NCBI GenBank assembly: GCA_045596865.1
Contig: JAZODF010000074.1
Coordinates: 24,407-88,406 of the forward strand
From: Eubacteriales bacterium
GTDB lineage: Bacteria; Bacillota; Clostridia; Oscillospirales; CAG-272
Direction of reading: 5' to 3'
Length of the DNA stretch: 64,000 bases
Shown: piece after piece, positions 8,758-18,287 of the stretch
Position numbering within the stretch: position 1 is the stretch's first letter
Layout of the letters: every line of letters begins with the position of its first letter
Position numbers and translations under genes: made by a program
Notes under the pieces: model-generated
What the model saw: the letters and a program-made list of their open reading frames with translations, nothing else
Database searches by the model: none
What the model was told of the DNA's origin: nothing

Positions 8758-8820
8758 ATTACAGAATAGATCGCTCGGTACAGTATATGACCGACCAACA
8801 CCAATGTTTCAGGGGAATTT

Positions 8821-9903
8821 ATGCAGAATTTATCGACCACAATAACGAACGAGCGCGCGAAAACCGACCTCGTCACCCATGATTTTTACTACGACCTACC
8901 CGAGGAGCTGATTGCACAGTACCCCTCGGCGGAGCGCGACGGATGCCGCCTCATGGTCCTCGACCGCGAGAGCGGAGAGGTACAGCACCGCATCTTCCGC
9001 GATATTATCGACTACCTCGACCCGCGCGATATGCTCGTCGTCAACTCGTCGAAGGTTATTCCCGCCCGCCTGCTCGGCGTTACCTGCAAGACGGGCTCGC
9101 CGATGGAGCTTCTGCTCCTGCGTATGCTCGACTCGGGCGAATGGGAGACCCTCGTCCGCCCCGGCAAGCGTGCCAAGGAGGGGGCAAAATTTGACTTCGC
9201 GGGCATTCTCACCGCCACCGTTACGGGCATCGTCGAGGGTGGCAATCGCACCGTCCGCTTCGACTACGATACCGAAAAATATTCCTCGATCTACGAGGTG
9301 CTCGACGTCGTTGGAAATATGCCCCTGCCGCCCTATATCACGAAGAAGCTGGAGGACAAGTCCGACTACCAGACCGTCTATGCGAAGGAGGAGGGCTCTG
9401 CCGCCGCCCCCACCGCTGGACTGCATTTCACCGACGCGCTCCTTGAAAAAATCAAGGCAAAGGGTGTCGGCTACGGCGAGGTCACCCTGCACGTCGGTCT
9501 CGGCACCTTCCGTCCCGTGAAGGTCGATAAGATTGAGGAGCACCTCATGCACGGCGAGTATTTCCACATCTCCGACGAGGTGGCGGCCGAGATCAACCGC
9601 CGTCGCGCCGCAGGCGGCAGGATAATCGCCGTCGGCACCACCAGCGCCCGCGTCCTCGAGAGCGTCAGCACCGATGACGGAATAGTCCACCCCATCTCGG
9701 GCAACACCTCGATCTTCATCTACCCGGGCTACAAATTCAAGGCAACCGACGCCCTGATAACCAATTTCCACCTGCCCGAGAGCACCCTGATAATGCTCGT
9801 CAGCGCCCTCGCAGGCAAGGAAAACGTGATGAACGCCTATGAAACGGCGGTCGGGAAAAAGTATCGATTTTTTTCCTTCGGCGACGCGATGCTGATTGTA
9901 TAA
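8821..9903 (+). CDS. queA: S-adenosylmethionine:tRNA ribosyltransferase-isomerase
   Basis: 360 aa. Motifs are [51 protein letters not shown] and AVGTTS. Confidence 0.93.
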   Translation: MQNLSTTITNERAKTDLVTHDFYYDLPEELIAQYPSAERDGCRLMVLDRESGEVQHRIFRDIIDYLDPRDMLVVNSSKVIPARLLGVTCKTGSPMELLLLRMLDSGEWETLVRPGKRAKEGAKFDFAGILTATVTGIVEGGNRTVRFDYDTEKYSSIYEVLDVVGNMPLPPYITKKLEDKSDYQTVYAKEEGSAAAPTAGLHFTDALLEKIKAKGVGYGEVTLHVGLGTFRPVKVDKIEEHLMHGEYFHISDEVAAEINRRRAAGGRIIAVGTTSARVLESVSTDDGIVHPISGNTSIFIYPGYKFKATDALITNFHLPESTLIMLVSALAGKENVMNAYETAVGKKYRFFSFGDAMLIV

Positions 9904-10028
9904 ATTGTGTGATACTTTGTTAAAGCTTCGACTCATAACGCTCGACATAGGTAACTATGCCATCGCGTTAATCGCTCGCTTTGCCTTGTCTCACGCAATT
10001 TCTCCTAATCAGCAAAGAGTGAATAGTG

Positions 10029-10077
10029 AATAGTGAATAGTGAAGAGTGAATAGTGAAGAGTGAAGAGGTTTAGAGG
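10029..10077. repeat. Heptanucleotide tandem repeat (AGTGAAT/AGTGAAG) x7
   Basis: Read directly: AGTGAAT x3, AGTGAAG, AGTGAAT, AGTGAAG x2. It ends 5 nt before the purine-rich run TTTAGAGGAAAGGAG (10081-10095), whose GGAAAGGAG end (10087-10095) is the RBS of the rlmA-like gene. Confidence 0.95.
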
Positions 10078-10091
10078 AAAGGAGCCCGTAA

Positions 10092-11042
10092 ATGATGAAA
10101 AAGGATTTCGTCTGCCCGAAGTGTCGCGGTGCGCTCGTCCCCCTTGACGGAGGGGTGAAAAAATGTGCCGCGGGGCATTCTTATGACCGTGCGCGCGCGG
10201 GCTACTATAACCTTCTGCTCGGCTCGTCGGGCGGGGATCACGGTGACAACAAAATGATGGTTGAGGCGCGCCGCGCCTTCCTCGCGGGCGGGTACTATTC
10301 GCCGCTGGCCGAGCGGGTTGCCGCTCTTGTTGCCGAGCACGCACTCACGACGGTAGAGCAGGGAAATTCCACTGCTCCATCCGACCAACCTGCGCCCTAC
10401 GAGAAAACTGCAACCCTCTCCGAAGGCAGGCTCACCCCGTCAGGGGCGGTTGGCAGGGGAGCATATATTCCGACCGTCCTTGATTGCGGGTGCGGCGAGG
10501 GCTACTACACCGCGCGGGTCTGCTCCGTGCTCGACGGCGCGCTTGGCGCCGACGGATATTCGATGCTCGCCTTCGACATCTCCCGCGACGCGGCAAAGCT
10601 CGCGGCAAGGGCGGCACGTGGTGCCTCTGTCGCCGTTGCGTCCTGCTATTCGATACCCGTCGCCGACGGCTCGGTCGATATCGCGATGAACGTTTTCTCC
10701 CCCCTCGCACCCGATGAAATCCACCGCGCCCTGCACCAAAGCGGCGTGTATATCGTTGCCTACCCGGGCGAGGATCACCTCTATGATCTCAAGGCGGCAA
10801 TTTACGATAATCCCTACAAAAATCAGCCACAGGGTCGGGCTCCCGACGGGTTTTCGCTAAAATCCCGTGAGCGGGTCGCATACGAAATCGACCTCGGGAC
10901 GAACGCCGAGATCACGGCACTCTTTTCAATGACGCCCTACGCCTACCGAACAGGTAAAAAGGAGCGCGAGCGGCTCGAAAAAATCGAGAAACTGCATACC
11001 CGTGTCGAGTTTTTCATCGATATCTACGAAAAACAGGGCTAA
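10092..11042 (+). CDS. 23S rRNA (guanine-N1)-methyltransferase RlmA family
   Basis: 316 aa. The N-terminal Zn-finger block FVCPKCRGAL...KCAAGHSYDRARAGYYNLL and the SAM motif VLDCGCGEGYY are typical of RlmA(I/II). A low-complexity insert lies between them. Confidence 0.75.
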   Translation: MMKKDFVCPKCRGALVPLDGGVKKCAAGHSYDRARAGYYNLLLGSSGGDHGDNKMMVEARRAFLAGGYYSPLAERVAALVAEHALTTVEQGNSTAPSDQPAPYEKTATLSEGRLTPSGAVGRGAYIPTVLDCGCGEGYYTARVCSVLDGALGADGYSMLAFDISRDAAKLAARAARGASVAVASCYSIPVADGSVDIAMNVFSPLAPDEIHRALHQSGVYIVAYPGEDHLYDLKAAIYDNPYKNQPQGRAPDGFSLKSRERVAYEIDLGTNAEITALFSMTPYAYRTGKKERERLEKIEKLHTRVEFFIDIYEKQG

Positions 11043-11129
11043 CGGTTCATCAATCCGACACGCAACAAAACGTAAACAACACGTTACATCTATGATAAAT
11101 TTAACCCAAAAAGTAAGGGGGAACGAAAA

Positions 11130-11570
11130 ATGGACCTATCCCACGGAAAATATCTCGGCGTTGACTACGGTGACAAGCGCACCGGCCTTGCCGAGTGTGA
11201 CCCATCGGGACTTATCGCCACGGGTATATGCACCGTATCCGAGGGCGGAATGAGAAAGACCGCCATCCGCGTGGCAAAGGAGGCGGCCGACCGCTCCTGC
11301 AAGAAAATTATCGTCGGCCTGCCGAAGAATATGGACGGCACCGAGGGCGAGCGCGCCGAGGTCATCCGCGCCTTCGTTGCGATCCTTTGCGAATATACCG
11401 ATATCCCCGTCGACTACTACGACGAGCGAATGACAACCATGGTCGCCTACCGCTTCCTCGGCGAAACGGGCACCTACGGCAAGAAGAGAAAGGACGCCGT
11501 CGACACCCTCTCCGCACAGATCATCCTGCAAAACTACATCGACCGCGAGCGCGCGATGAAAGGCTCATAA
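11130..11570 (+). CDS. ruvX: Holliday junction resolvase-like protein RuvX (YqgF)
   Basis: 146 aa. Motifs are YLGVDYGDKRTGLA and IIVGLPKNMDGTEGERA. Confidence 0.9.
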   Translation: MDLSHGKYLGVDYGDKRTGLAECDPSGLIATGICTVSEGGMRKTAIRVAKEAADRSCKKIIVGLPKNMDGTEGERAEVIRAFVAILCEYTDIPVDYYDERMTTMVAYRFLGETGTYGKKRKDAVDTLSAQIILQNYIDRERAMKGS

Positions 11571-11571
11571 A

Positions 11572-12606
11572 ATGAATAACCAACCAAACAAATTGAAGAA
11601 AAAGGTACTGATAATCTACACGGGCGGCACCATTGGGATGATGCGTACCGAGCACGGCTACGCCCCCGTTGAGGGCGTGCTTTACTCCGCCCTCAACGCC
11701 ATCCCCGATATGCGCTCGGCCGAGCTACCCGATTGGGAGCTTTACGAGCTCTCCCCCCTTCTCGACTCCTCGAATATCTCCGTGCGTGAGTGGAATCTCA
11801 TTGCGTCGGTCATCGCGGATAATTATTCCGCCTTTGACGGCTTCGTCGTCCTTCATGGCACCGATACGATGGCATACACCGCCTCCGCACTCTCCTTCAT
11901 CCTCGACGGTCTCGATAAGCCCGTCGTCCTCACCGGCTCGCAGATCCCCCTGTCCGAGCTTCGCTCCGACGCGCGCGAAAACCTCATCTCTTCCATCCTC
12001 ATCGCCGCCGAGGGGGTCGCACGCGAGGTCACCGTCTGCTTCTCGGGCAGGCTGCTCCGCGGCAACCGCTGTACTAAAATGAGCGCGGACGGCTTCACCG
12101 CCTTTGACTCGCCGAACTACCCTCACCTCGCCGAGGTTGGTATCAATATCAAATATAACGAGGGCGCGCTCACCCGCCCGAAAAAGGAGGGCGACCTCCT
12201 CGTTCACCCCTTCTCGGACGTGCCCATCGGCGTTCTCAAAATCTTCCCGGGCATCCAGCTCGGCCTTTTTGAGGAGATAATGACCGAGCGGCTCTCAGGC
12301 ATCGTGCTCGAGGCATTCGGCGCGGGCAACATCCCCTCGAATGACTCCGACCTTCTCCCGGTTATCAAGAAGGCCTTCCTCGCGGGCTCCATCGTCACCG
12401 TCGTGTCGCAGTGCCCCGGTGGCGCGGTAACCCTCGGCACCTACGAAACCTCGCAGGGCCTCAAGGGCGCGGGCGCCGTCAGCGGCATGGACATGACCAC
12501 CGAGGCGGCGGTAACCAAGCTATATTACCTCCTCTCGCTCTCGATCCCCCACGATGAGATCAAGCGCCGTGTCGAGCGCAACCTCCGTGGCGAGCTGACC
12601 GAGTAA
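11572..12606 (+). CDS. ansA: Type I (cytoplasmic) L-asparaginase
   Basis: 344 aa. The catalytic N-terminus is VLIIYTGGTIGM, followed by VVLHGTDTMAYTA. Confidence 0.88.
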   Translation: MNNQPNKLKKKVLIIYTGGTIGMMRTEHGYAPVEGVLYSALNAIPDMRSAELPDWELYELSPLLDSSNISVREWNLIASVIADNYSAFDGFVVLHGTDTMAYTASALSFILDGLDKPVVLTGSQIPLSELRSDARENLISSILIAAEGVAREVTVCFSGRLLRGNRCTKMSADGFTAFDSPNYPHLAEVGINIKYNEGALTRPKKEGDLLVHPFSDVPIGVLKIFPGIQLGLFEEIMTERLSGIVLEAFGAGNIPSNDSDLLPVIKKAFLAGSIVTVVSQCPGGAVTLGTYETSQGLKGAGAVSGMDMTTEAAVTKLYYLLSLSIPHDEIKRRVERNLRGELTE

Positions 12607-12630
12607 TAGCGCTCCGTCACCCACCTAGCG

Positions 12631-12757
12631 CCCCTCGCATTCGCGGCGCGCCCTTCCACCTGCCACATTCGACCGCACCCACGTCGCACCCCTCGCATTC
12701 GCGGCGCGACCTTCCACCTGCCAGATTCGACCGCACCCACGTCGCACCCCTCGCACA
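12631..12757. repeat. 58-bp tandem repeat, about 2.2 copies
   Basis: Copies start at 12631, 12689 and 12747 (partial): CCCCTCGCATTCGCGGCGCG[C/A]CCTTCCACCTGCCA[C/G]ATTCGACCGCACCCACGTCGCA. It lies just downstream of the ansA stop. Confidence 0.9.
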
Positions 12758-13015
12758 ATACCTTCCTCACGCGCCGTCGGTGCCTTGCGCGGCCCCCCTC
12801 GTTTGCCTTGATCAAACCCGCCGAAAATGCGCCCTTCGCACCCTGAAAAACCCGAAAAACGCCCCCGTGCGAAGAATTTACACTTTGGACAAAAAACGGC
12901 AATAATTTGACACGCCCCCGTACTAATTGCAAACGGGGGCGCGATTTTTGTAAATCACCCTTTACATTTCGCCCCACCACGTCGCGCGACGCCGCGCCCG
13001 CGCGTGCATCAAATC

Positions 13016-13044
13016 TTGACAGAGCTAGATTAAATATATATAAT
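13016..13044 (+). promoter_or_regulatory. Sigma-A-type promoter for the secreted heparinase-like gene
   Basis: TTGACA (13016-13021), 17-nt spacer, TATAAT (13039-13044). Confidence 0.6.
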
Positions 13045-13134
13045 AAAAGAGCAATCGGGTCGCCCAAGGGCACCCGCACGCGGGATGACTTTTTGCCCGC
13101 GCAAAAACGCTATATACCCGAAGGGAGAAAATAT

Positions 13135-16100
13135 ATGACAAGGATTAAAAGGACGTTATCTCTCGTGATGTCGGTGGTCTTGACTACCGTCCTCGTTCTT
13201 TCAACCCTCATTTCCGCAGGAATCACCGTCGAGGCATCGAGCTCACCGACCGTGTCCTACGAGCTATGGATGCTCATCGACTACGAGCACGCGCTCATCC
13301 GCGGAACCAAAACCGATATATCCGATACCACCGCCGCCGCGCCCTACGCCCATTCGACCGACACGGCGTATATCCCGCTTGCCGCCGTCGCGAAATACAA
13401 GAGCGCGACCTACACCCTCGACGGCAACGTGGTAACCGTCACTCATTCGGATGGCTCGACGGCAACCCTCACCGCGGGCAGTCTTGCCTGGTCGGGTGGC
13501 GAGCTTATGCTCCCTCCCGTCGTCGACGGCGAGGACGTCTACCTCTCGATCATGTCGGCAAATTCCGTCTTCGGCACGAAGTCGGTATATAACAAGGACA
13601 TCGGCCTCATCATCCTTTACGACGGCGCGCTGACCTCCTCGAACGGACTGAAAACGCATATAAACACCCTCGGCAATCTCCTCTTCGACCGCCCCACGGG
13701 CGCGGAGGTCTACGCCGACATCCTTAGCACCGTCGGCTCTGCCGACACGCACCCCCGCCTCCTCGCCGATCAGGCGACCTTCGACCGCCTCCGCGACGTC
13801 TACAAGGCGGGCATCACGAACGACATCCCCTTTACCGTTAGCCTCGGCAGCTTTGCCGCGCAGTGCAATTCCGCCTTCAACACCTATTTCTACTATGACG
13901 AGGAAACGGGTGTCACCGATTGGCGCAGCGAGGGCGCACGTCTTTCCTGCCGTCAGCCCTACTACATCTACGACGAGAACGGTAACCGCCTCGTCGGTCA
14001 GACCTCCTACACCTATACGAACGAGAAGGGCGAGGAGGTCACCCTCACCCCCGGCGGCTCCGAGAGGGGCGACGGCTATGACTTCGGCGGTCGCTCAAAC
14101 GTCGGCGCATATACCGAGAAGCTGAAAAAGCTCGCCTTCCTCTGGCAGATGACGGGTGAGCAGAAATACGTCGACGCCTTCTATCTCTTCGCCGTCGAGC
14201 TTGGCAAATGGGAGCATTGGGGCGAGGGCCATTTCCTCAACGTCGCCGACGGCTCTGTCGAATTTGCCATCGGCCTTGATTGGATCTACCACGGCTTCGA
14301 CAGCCAGCCCGAGAAGCGCGACGAGCTCGCCGCCATCCTCTACGAAAAGGGAATGATGAAGGGCTATTACGCCATCGTCTGCGACTCGCTCTACAAGCAG
14401 GGCTCGACCCCGAGGATCGACCTCGCCTCCACGAACGCCTCCCGCCAGTATCAGTACGGCACCCACCCTTCGCTCTCGGGACAGCAGGCTAAATACCTCT
14501 CGATCTCCTACACGGCGGGCACGGGAGGCTGGCGCACCATCAACCGCGACAACAACTGGCAGACGGTCTGCGGCTCGGGAATGATCGTCTCCGCGCTCCT
14601 TCTCTCGGAGTACGAGGGCTATCGTGAGAACGCCCTCTTCGTCATCGAGCAATACCTTCTCTCTCTCGAGCGTTGCCTGCTCCAGTACGCGCCCGACGGC
14701 GCGTATATAGAGAGCCCGGGCTATTGGGGCTACGGCACCAACACCCTGATGATCACTCTTGCCGCCCTCTTGTCCTCCTGCGGAACCACCTACGGCTACG
14801 AGGACATCGTCGGACTGCACGATTCCTTCTACTTCACCATCGGCATCGCCGACGGCAAGTATCAGATGTGGAACTACCACGATTCGGGCGAGGGCTCGAT
14901 CGACTACACCTCCCTCTATTTTGCCTCCCGCCTGTATGACGACCCGACCCTCGCATACCTGCGCGATAAAATGTCATTCGGCTTTAAGACGATGGAGGTC
15001 CTGTACTACGACGACACCCTCGCAGAGGGTGCCCACCCCGAGAGCGTGCCGCTTGACTTCAACTTCAAGGGCATCGACACCGCGACCTTCCACTCCTCCT
15101 ACGAGGAGGACGGCGTGTTCACGGGACTGCACGTCGGCCCCAACCACGTCACCCACGGCGATATGGACTGCGGCAACTTTATGCTCTCGATGGGCGGTGT
15201 GAAATGGACCACCGACGTCGCCCCCGAAAACTACAACGTCTCGGGCTTCTGGAACTCGGGCGAAAACGGCAAGCGCTACAAGCTGTACGCCAAATCCCTC
15301 GAGGGGCATAGCACCGTCGTCATCCGTAACGATTCCTCGCTCCCCCGCGGGCAGAAATACACCACCGCCTCCACCTCGGGCTACGCCGTTATTGACGAGT
15401 TCGTGTCCGACGAGCTCGGCGGCTACGCCATCTCGGATATGACCACCGAGTACGGGGCAAATTGCACCTCGGGCAAGCGCGGCGTCCTTCTGACGAATTC
15501 CCGCTCGACCGTCGTTTTGCAGGATGAAATTTCCTTCTCCAAGGCAACCGACCTTACCTGGATCCTGAATATCAATCACCACCTCTCAATATCTCAGGAC
15601 GGCAGGCAGTTCATCTCCACCTACAACGTCGGAAACGGCGAGCAGATCATCCTCCGCGCCACCCTCTTATCGAACGACGCCTCGCTGAAATTCCGCAAGA
15701 TGGGCACCCCCTCGAGCTCCTCGGGCCTGACGAAATACGAAACCGTCCTCCCCGACACCTACACTAAAACGAATAACAACGACCCCCTTGCCAAGGACCC
15801 GACCCAGCGCGTGGTTATCGAGGCAAGCGGAGTAACGCAGTTTAACGTCGCCGTCGTCTTCCAGATCGAGCGGCACGTCGACGAGATCGTCGCATACGAG
15901 TACACCCCGATGGATGAGTGGCAGACCGTGAGCGACGAGTGGGTGAAGGAGGCTAACTCCTGGATCAAGTACGAGGAGCCGAAGCCCATCGTACCCCAGT
16001 ACACCTACAAGCAGTTCTATAACGCGAACGAGCGGCTTGCCGCGGCGTACGAGGCGGGCGACATCGCCCTCGTCGGCGAGATCCTGCGCGAGACGCACTA

Positions 16101-16233
16101 CCTCCTCTCAAGCTATAACGAGAACAACCAGAGCATCGCCTCCGAGGCGGCAAGATACCGCGCATACAGGCGGACGTATAACCTTATGATCCGCGATGCA
16201 AACTCGGCGTTCTCCGATCTCTTGTTTGACTAA
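13135..16233 (+). CDS. Secreted heparinase II/III-like polysaccharide lyase family protein with copper-amine-oxidase-N-like stalk domain
   Basis: Track ORF 12907..16233 trimmed to the ATG at 13135 (RBS AAGGGAG), downstream of the promoter. It has a signal peptide MTRIKRTLSLVMSVVLTTVLVLSTLISAGITVEA. A Cu-amine-oxidase-N-like block follows (YIPLAAVAKY...LDGNVVTV). A lyase N-domain (ADTHPRLLADQATFDRLRDVY) and a heparinase II/III block (THGDMDCGNFMLSMGGVKWTTD) complete it. Confidence 0.7.
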   Translation: MTRIKRTLSLVMSVVLTTVLVLSTLISAGITVEASSSPTVSYELWMLIDYEHALIRGTKTDISDTTAAAPYAHSTDTAYIPLAAVAKYKSATYTLDGNVVTVTHSDGSTATLTAGSLAWSGGELMLPPVVDGEDVYLSIMSANSVFGTKSVYNKDIGLIILYDGALTSSNGLKTHINTLGNLLFDRPTGAEVYADILSTVGSADTHPRLLADQATFDRLRDVYKAGITNDIPFTVSLGSFAAQCNSAFNTYFYYDEETGVTDWRSEGARLSCRQPYYIYDENGNRLVGQTSYTYTNEKGEEVTLTPGGSERGDGYDFGGRSNVGAYTEKLKKLAFLWQMTGEQKYVDAFYLFAVELGKWEHWGEGHFLNVADGSVEFAIGLDWIYHGFDSQPEKRDELAAILYEKGMMKGYYAIVCDSLYKQGSTPRIDLASTNASRQYQYGTHPSLSGQQAKYLSISYTAGTGGWRTINRDNNWQTVCGSGMIVSALLLSEYEGYRENALFVIEQYLLSLERCLLQYAPDGAYIESPGYWGYGTNTLMITLAALLSSCGTTYGYEDIVGLHDSFYFTIGIADGKYQMWNYHDSGEGSIDYTSLYFASRLYDDPTLAYLRDKMSFGFKTMEVLYYDDTLAEGAHPESVPLDFNFKGIDTATFHSSYEEDGVFTGLHVGPNHVTHGDMDCGNFMLSMGGVKWTTDVAPENYNVSGFWNSGENGKRYKLYAKSLEGHSTVVIRNDSSLPRGQKYTTASTSGYAVIDEFVSDELGGYAISDMTTEYGANCTSGKRGVLLTNSRSTVVLQDEISFSKATDLTWILNINHHLSISQDGRQFISTYNVGNGEQIILRATLLSNDASLKFRKMGTPSSSSGLTKYETVLPDTYTKTNNNDPLAKDPTQRVVIEASGVTQFNVAVVFQIERHVDEIVAYEYTPMDEWQTVSDEWVKEANSWIKYEEPKPIVPQYTYKQFYNANERLAAAYEAGDIALVGEILRETHYLLSSYNENNQSIASEAARYRAYRRTYNLMIRDANSAFSDLLFD

Positions 16234-16402
16234 ATTATCCCTGCCCTCCGCGCCGCGCATCCCCGTTCGGCGCGTAAAGCACCCCGCCGTAAAAATCGGC
16301 AGGGATGGGAAGGGAAAACAAGCACGAAAAACCATGACACGGGCGGGTAAGTACCCACCCGTGTCAAATTAATGTAATAAAACGACAAGGACGTTTATCA
16401 AT

Positions 16403-17629
16403 ATGAATTTTGGTTTTACCGATGAAAATGTAAACAATAGTATACGCGAGGTCATCCTCTGCAAGTTCGGTGAGGTCGTCCTCAAGGGCGCAAACCGCCA
16501 GAACTTCGAATCCGGCCTTGTGAAGGAGCTTCGCCGCCGTGCGAGCCCCTACGGCAACTTTAAGATCTACTTCAAGCAGTCGACCGTCTACGTCGAGCCG
16601 CAGGACGCCGCGGCGGATATGGACGGAATGTATAACGTCGCAAGGAAGGTGTTCGGCATCGTCGGCGTAAACCGCGCCGCCGTCTGTGAGAAGAATATGG
16701 ACGCCATCCTCGATATGGCGCGCCGCTACCTGCCCGACAAGCTCGCGGGCAAGCGCACCTTCAAGGTCGAGGCAAAGCGCTCGGACAAGAAATTCCCCCT
16801 CGGCTCGCTTGAAATCTCCGCCATCGTCGGCGGCGTGATTCTCGAAACCGTCCGCGGCATCAAGGTCAACGTCAAAAATCCCGAGGTCACCGTCACCGTC
16901 GAGGTGCGGGACGACTTCGCCTTCATTCGCGCGGGACAGGAGGCGGGCGCGGGCGGTCTTCCGCTTCGCTCCTCGGGCAGGGGTCTGCTCCTTCTCTCGG
17001 GCGGCATCGACTCCCCCGTCGCGGGTTGTATGATGGCAAAGCGCGGAATGGAGATCGAGGCACTCCACTTCGAGTCCTTCCCCTACACCTCCGAGCGCGC
17101 AAGGGAAAAGGTCCTCACCCTCGCACAGGAAATGTGCGAATACTGTGCAAAGATCCACGTCCACGTTATCTCCCTGACCCATATTCAGGAGGTCCTGCGC
17201 GACAATTGTACCGAGGATTATTTCACTCTCCTCCTTCGCGTGTTTATGATGCGCCTTGCCGAAAGGTGTGCCCGCGACTACAAGTGCGGCGCCATCATCA
17301 CGGGTGAATCGCTCGGACAGGTCGCCTCCCAGACCCTCGCCGCCATCGGCGTCACCGACTCGCAGGTAAATATCCCCGTCTTCCGCCCCTGCATCGGCAT
17401 GGATAAGGAGGAGATAGTCCGCCAGGCACGCCACTACGGCACCTTTGACACCGCCATCCTCCCCTACGAGGATTGCTGCACCGTCTTTACCCCCCGTCAC
17501 CCGAAAACCCAGCCGAAGCTGGAGGACGTCCTCGCCGAGCTTGCGAAGGTGGACGTCGACGCCCTTCTTGAGGAGGCGTATCAGTCGATGTATACGGTGA
17601 CAAAGGTTGTCTATGACGGTTATCGCTAA
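16403..17629 (+). CDS. thiI: tRNA 4-thiouridine(8) synthase ThiI
   Basis: 408 aa. It has a THUMP-type N-terminus (ILCKFGEVVLKGANR) and the PP-loop LLLLSGGIDSPVA. Confidence 0.9.
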   Translation: MNFGFTDENVNNSIREVILCKFGEVVLKGANRQNFESGLVKELRRRASPYGNFKIYFKQSTVYVEPQDAAADMDGMYNVARKVFGIVGVNRAAVCEKNMDAILDMARRYLPDKLAGKRTFKVEAKRSDKKFPLGSLEISAIVGGVILETVRGIKVNVKNPEVTVTVEVRDDFAFIRAGQEAGAGGLPLRSSGRGLLLLSGGIDSPVAGCMMAKRGMEIEALHFESFPYTSERAREKVLTLAQEMCEYCAKIHVHVISLTHIQEVLRDNCTEDYFTLLLRVFMMRLAERCARDYKCGAIITGESLGQVASQTLAAIGVTDSQVNIPVFRPCIGMDKEEIVRQARHYGTFDTAILPYEDCCTVFTPRHPKTQPKLEDVLAELAKVDVDALLEEAYQSMYTVTKVVYDGYR

Positions 17630-17727
17630 ATTTTTCCGCGCAAGGGTTCGGCCAAGAGGCTCGACGTAGATTTGATCGCTAAATTTTTCCGCGCTAAGGG
17701 CTCGGCCAAGAGGCTCGACGTAGATTT
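17622..17727. repeat. 53-bp tandem repeat x2 overlapping the thiI stop codon
   Basis: ATCGCTAAATTTTTCCGCGC[A/T]AGGG[TT/C]TCGGCCAAGAGGCTCGACGTAGATTT occurs at 17622 and 17675. The first copy contains the thiI TAA stop. Confidence 0.9.
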
Positions 17728-17953
17728 CTACGCCTATCGCCTCCCGTCCGTCCCTTATCATCGAAAAAATTCGCGCGATTGGGAGTCTGTAATTTTTGAT
17801 TATTTCAATTCGCGCGATTGGGTGCCTGTACTTGTTGTATTGAAGGATTCCTCGATGAAGAAATACCAAAAAGGCAATCCTCCTGTTGCCCGAAAAGAGC
17901 AGTACGCAATTACAAACCGTTTCAAGGGTCACGCGCATTATTTTTTAAACTAC

Positions 17954-17982
17954 TTGACATTTAATTTTCCTTGTGATACAAT
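17954..17982 (+). promoter_or_regulatory. Sigma-A-type promoter (extended -10) of the valS T-box leader
   Basis: TTGACA (17954-17959), 17-nt spacer, TGaTACAAT (17974-17982). Confidence 0.65.
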
Positions 17983-17988
17983 AACTAC

Positions 17989-18287
17989 ACCGATGGGCGC
18001 GTGATGCGCCGCGGTCTTTGGGAGGAGTAACCCCTACCTGTCGGAAGAGAGTGCGCGGTTGGTGCGAGCGCATGGCAAGGGCGGGCGAAGGTAGCCCGAA
18101 GTATCCCGAGAAGAACGGCAATCGCCTACCCGCTTTTCGCGACTCCGTCGCGGTGGGACGTGCGGCGGCTCATTAGACCTCGGCGTGCCTCGCGTTAAGA
18201 GAGAATGAAGGGGAGCCACGGCTCCCGAACTTGGGTGGTACCGCGTTTATACGCCCCGAGGCTTTTTCGCCTCGGGGCTTTTTGTTT
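17989..18287 (+). promoter_or_regulatory. T-box riboswitch leader (valS)
   Basis: The canonical T-box sequence AACTTGGGTGGTACCGCG lies at 18228-18245. A terminator follows directly: GCCCCGAGGC / GCCTCGGGGC (18253-18278) plus TTTTTGTTT. Upstream there is AGAGAG (18046-18051) and a GGTGCGA distal-loop-type motif (18061-18067). A candidate Val specifier GTA is at 18101-18103, but this is uncertain because a GGT lies nearby. Confidence 0.85.

Noticed and set aside
12907-13134. N-terminal extensions of track ORFs
   Set aside because: The extended ORFs are 12907..16233, 18538..21321, 33918..37235, 50619..52433, 23155..23919, 48213..50597, 56998..57891, 57822..58994 and 59120..60361. The extensions run through promoters, terminators or repeats and lack RBSs. 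Internal ATGs with GGAGG-type RBSs give native-looking N-termini, namely signal peptides or family-typical starts.
16364-17938. 524-aa minus-strand ORF opposite thiI, and similar long antisense ORFs
   Set aside because: The similar ORFs are 878..1729, 2641..3789, 8896..9948, 19087..20235, 24994..26424, 30467..32272, 38973..40583, 41489..42529, 44393..45523, 45551..46795, 48408..50225, 53545..54654 and 57813..59000. Each lies opposite a gene with clear family motifs and a good RBS. None has its own translation signals. Their abundance is expected from the stop-codon-poor antisense frames of high-GC coding DNA.
17672-18004. 110-aa + strand ORF between thiI and the T-box
   Set aside because: It is built from the tandem repeats and runs through the valS promoter and transcription start. 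It has no RBS. It is most likely non-coding.
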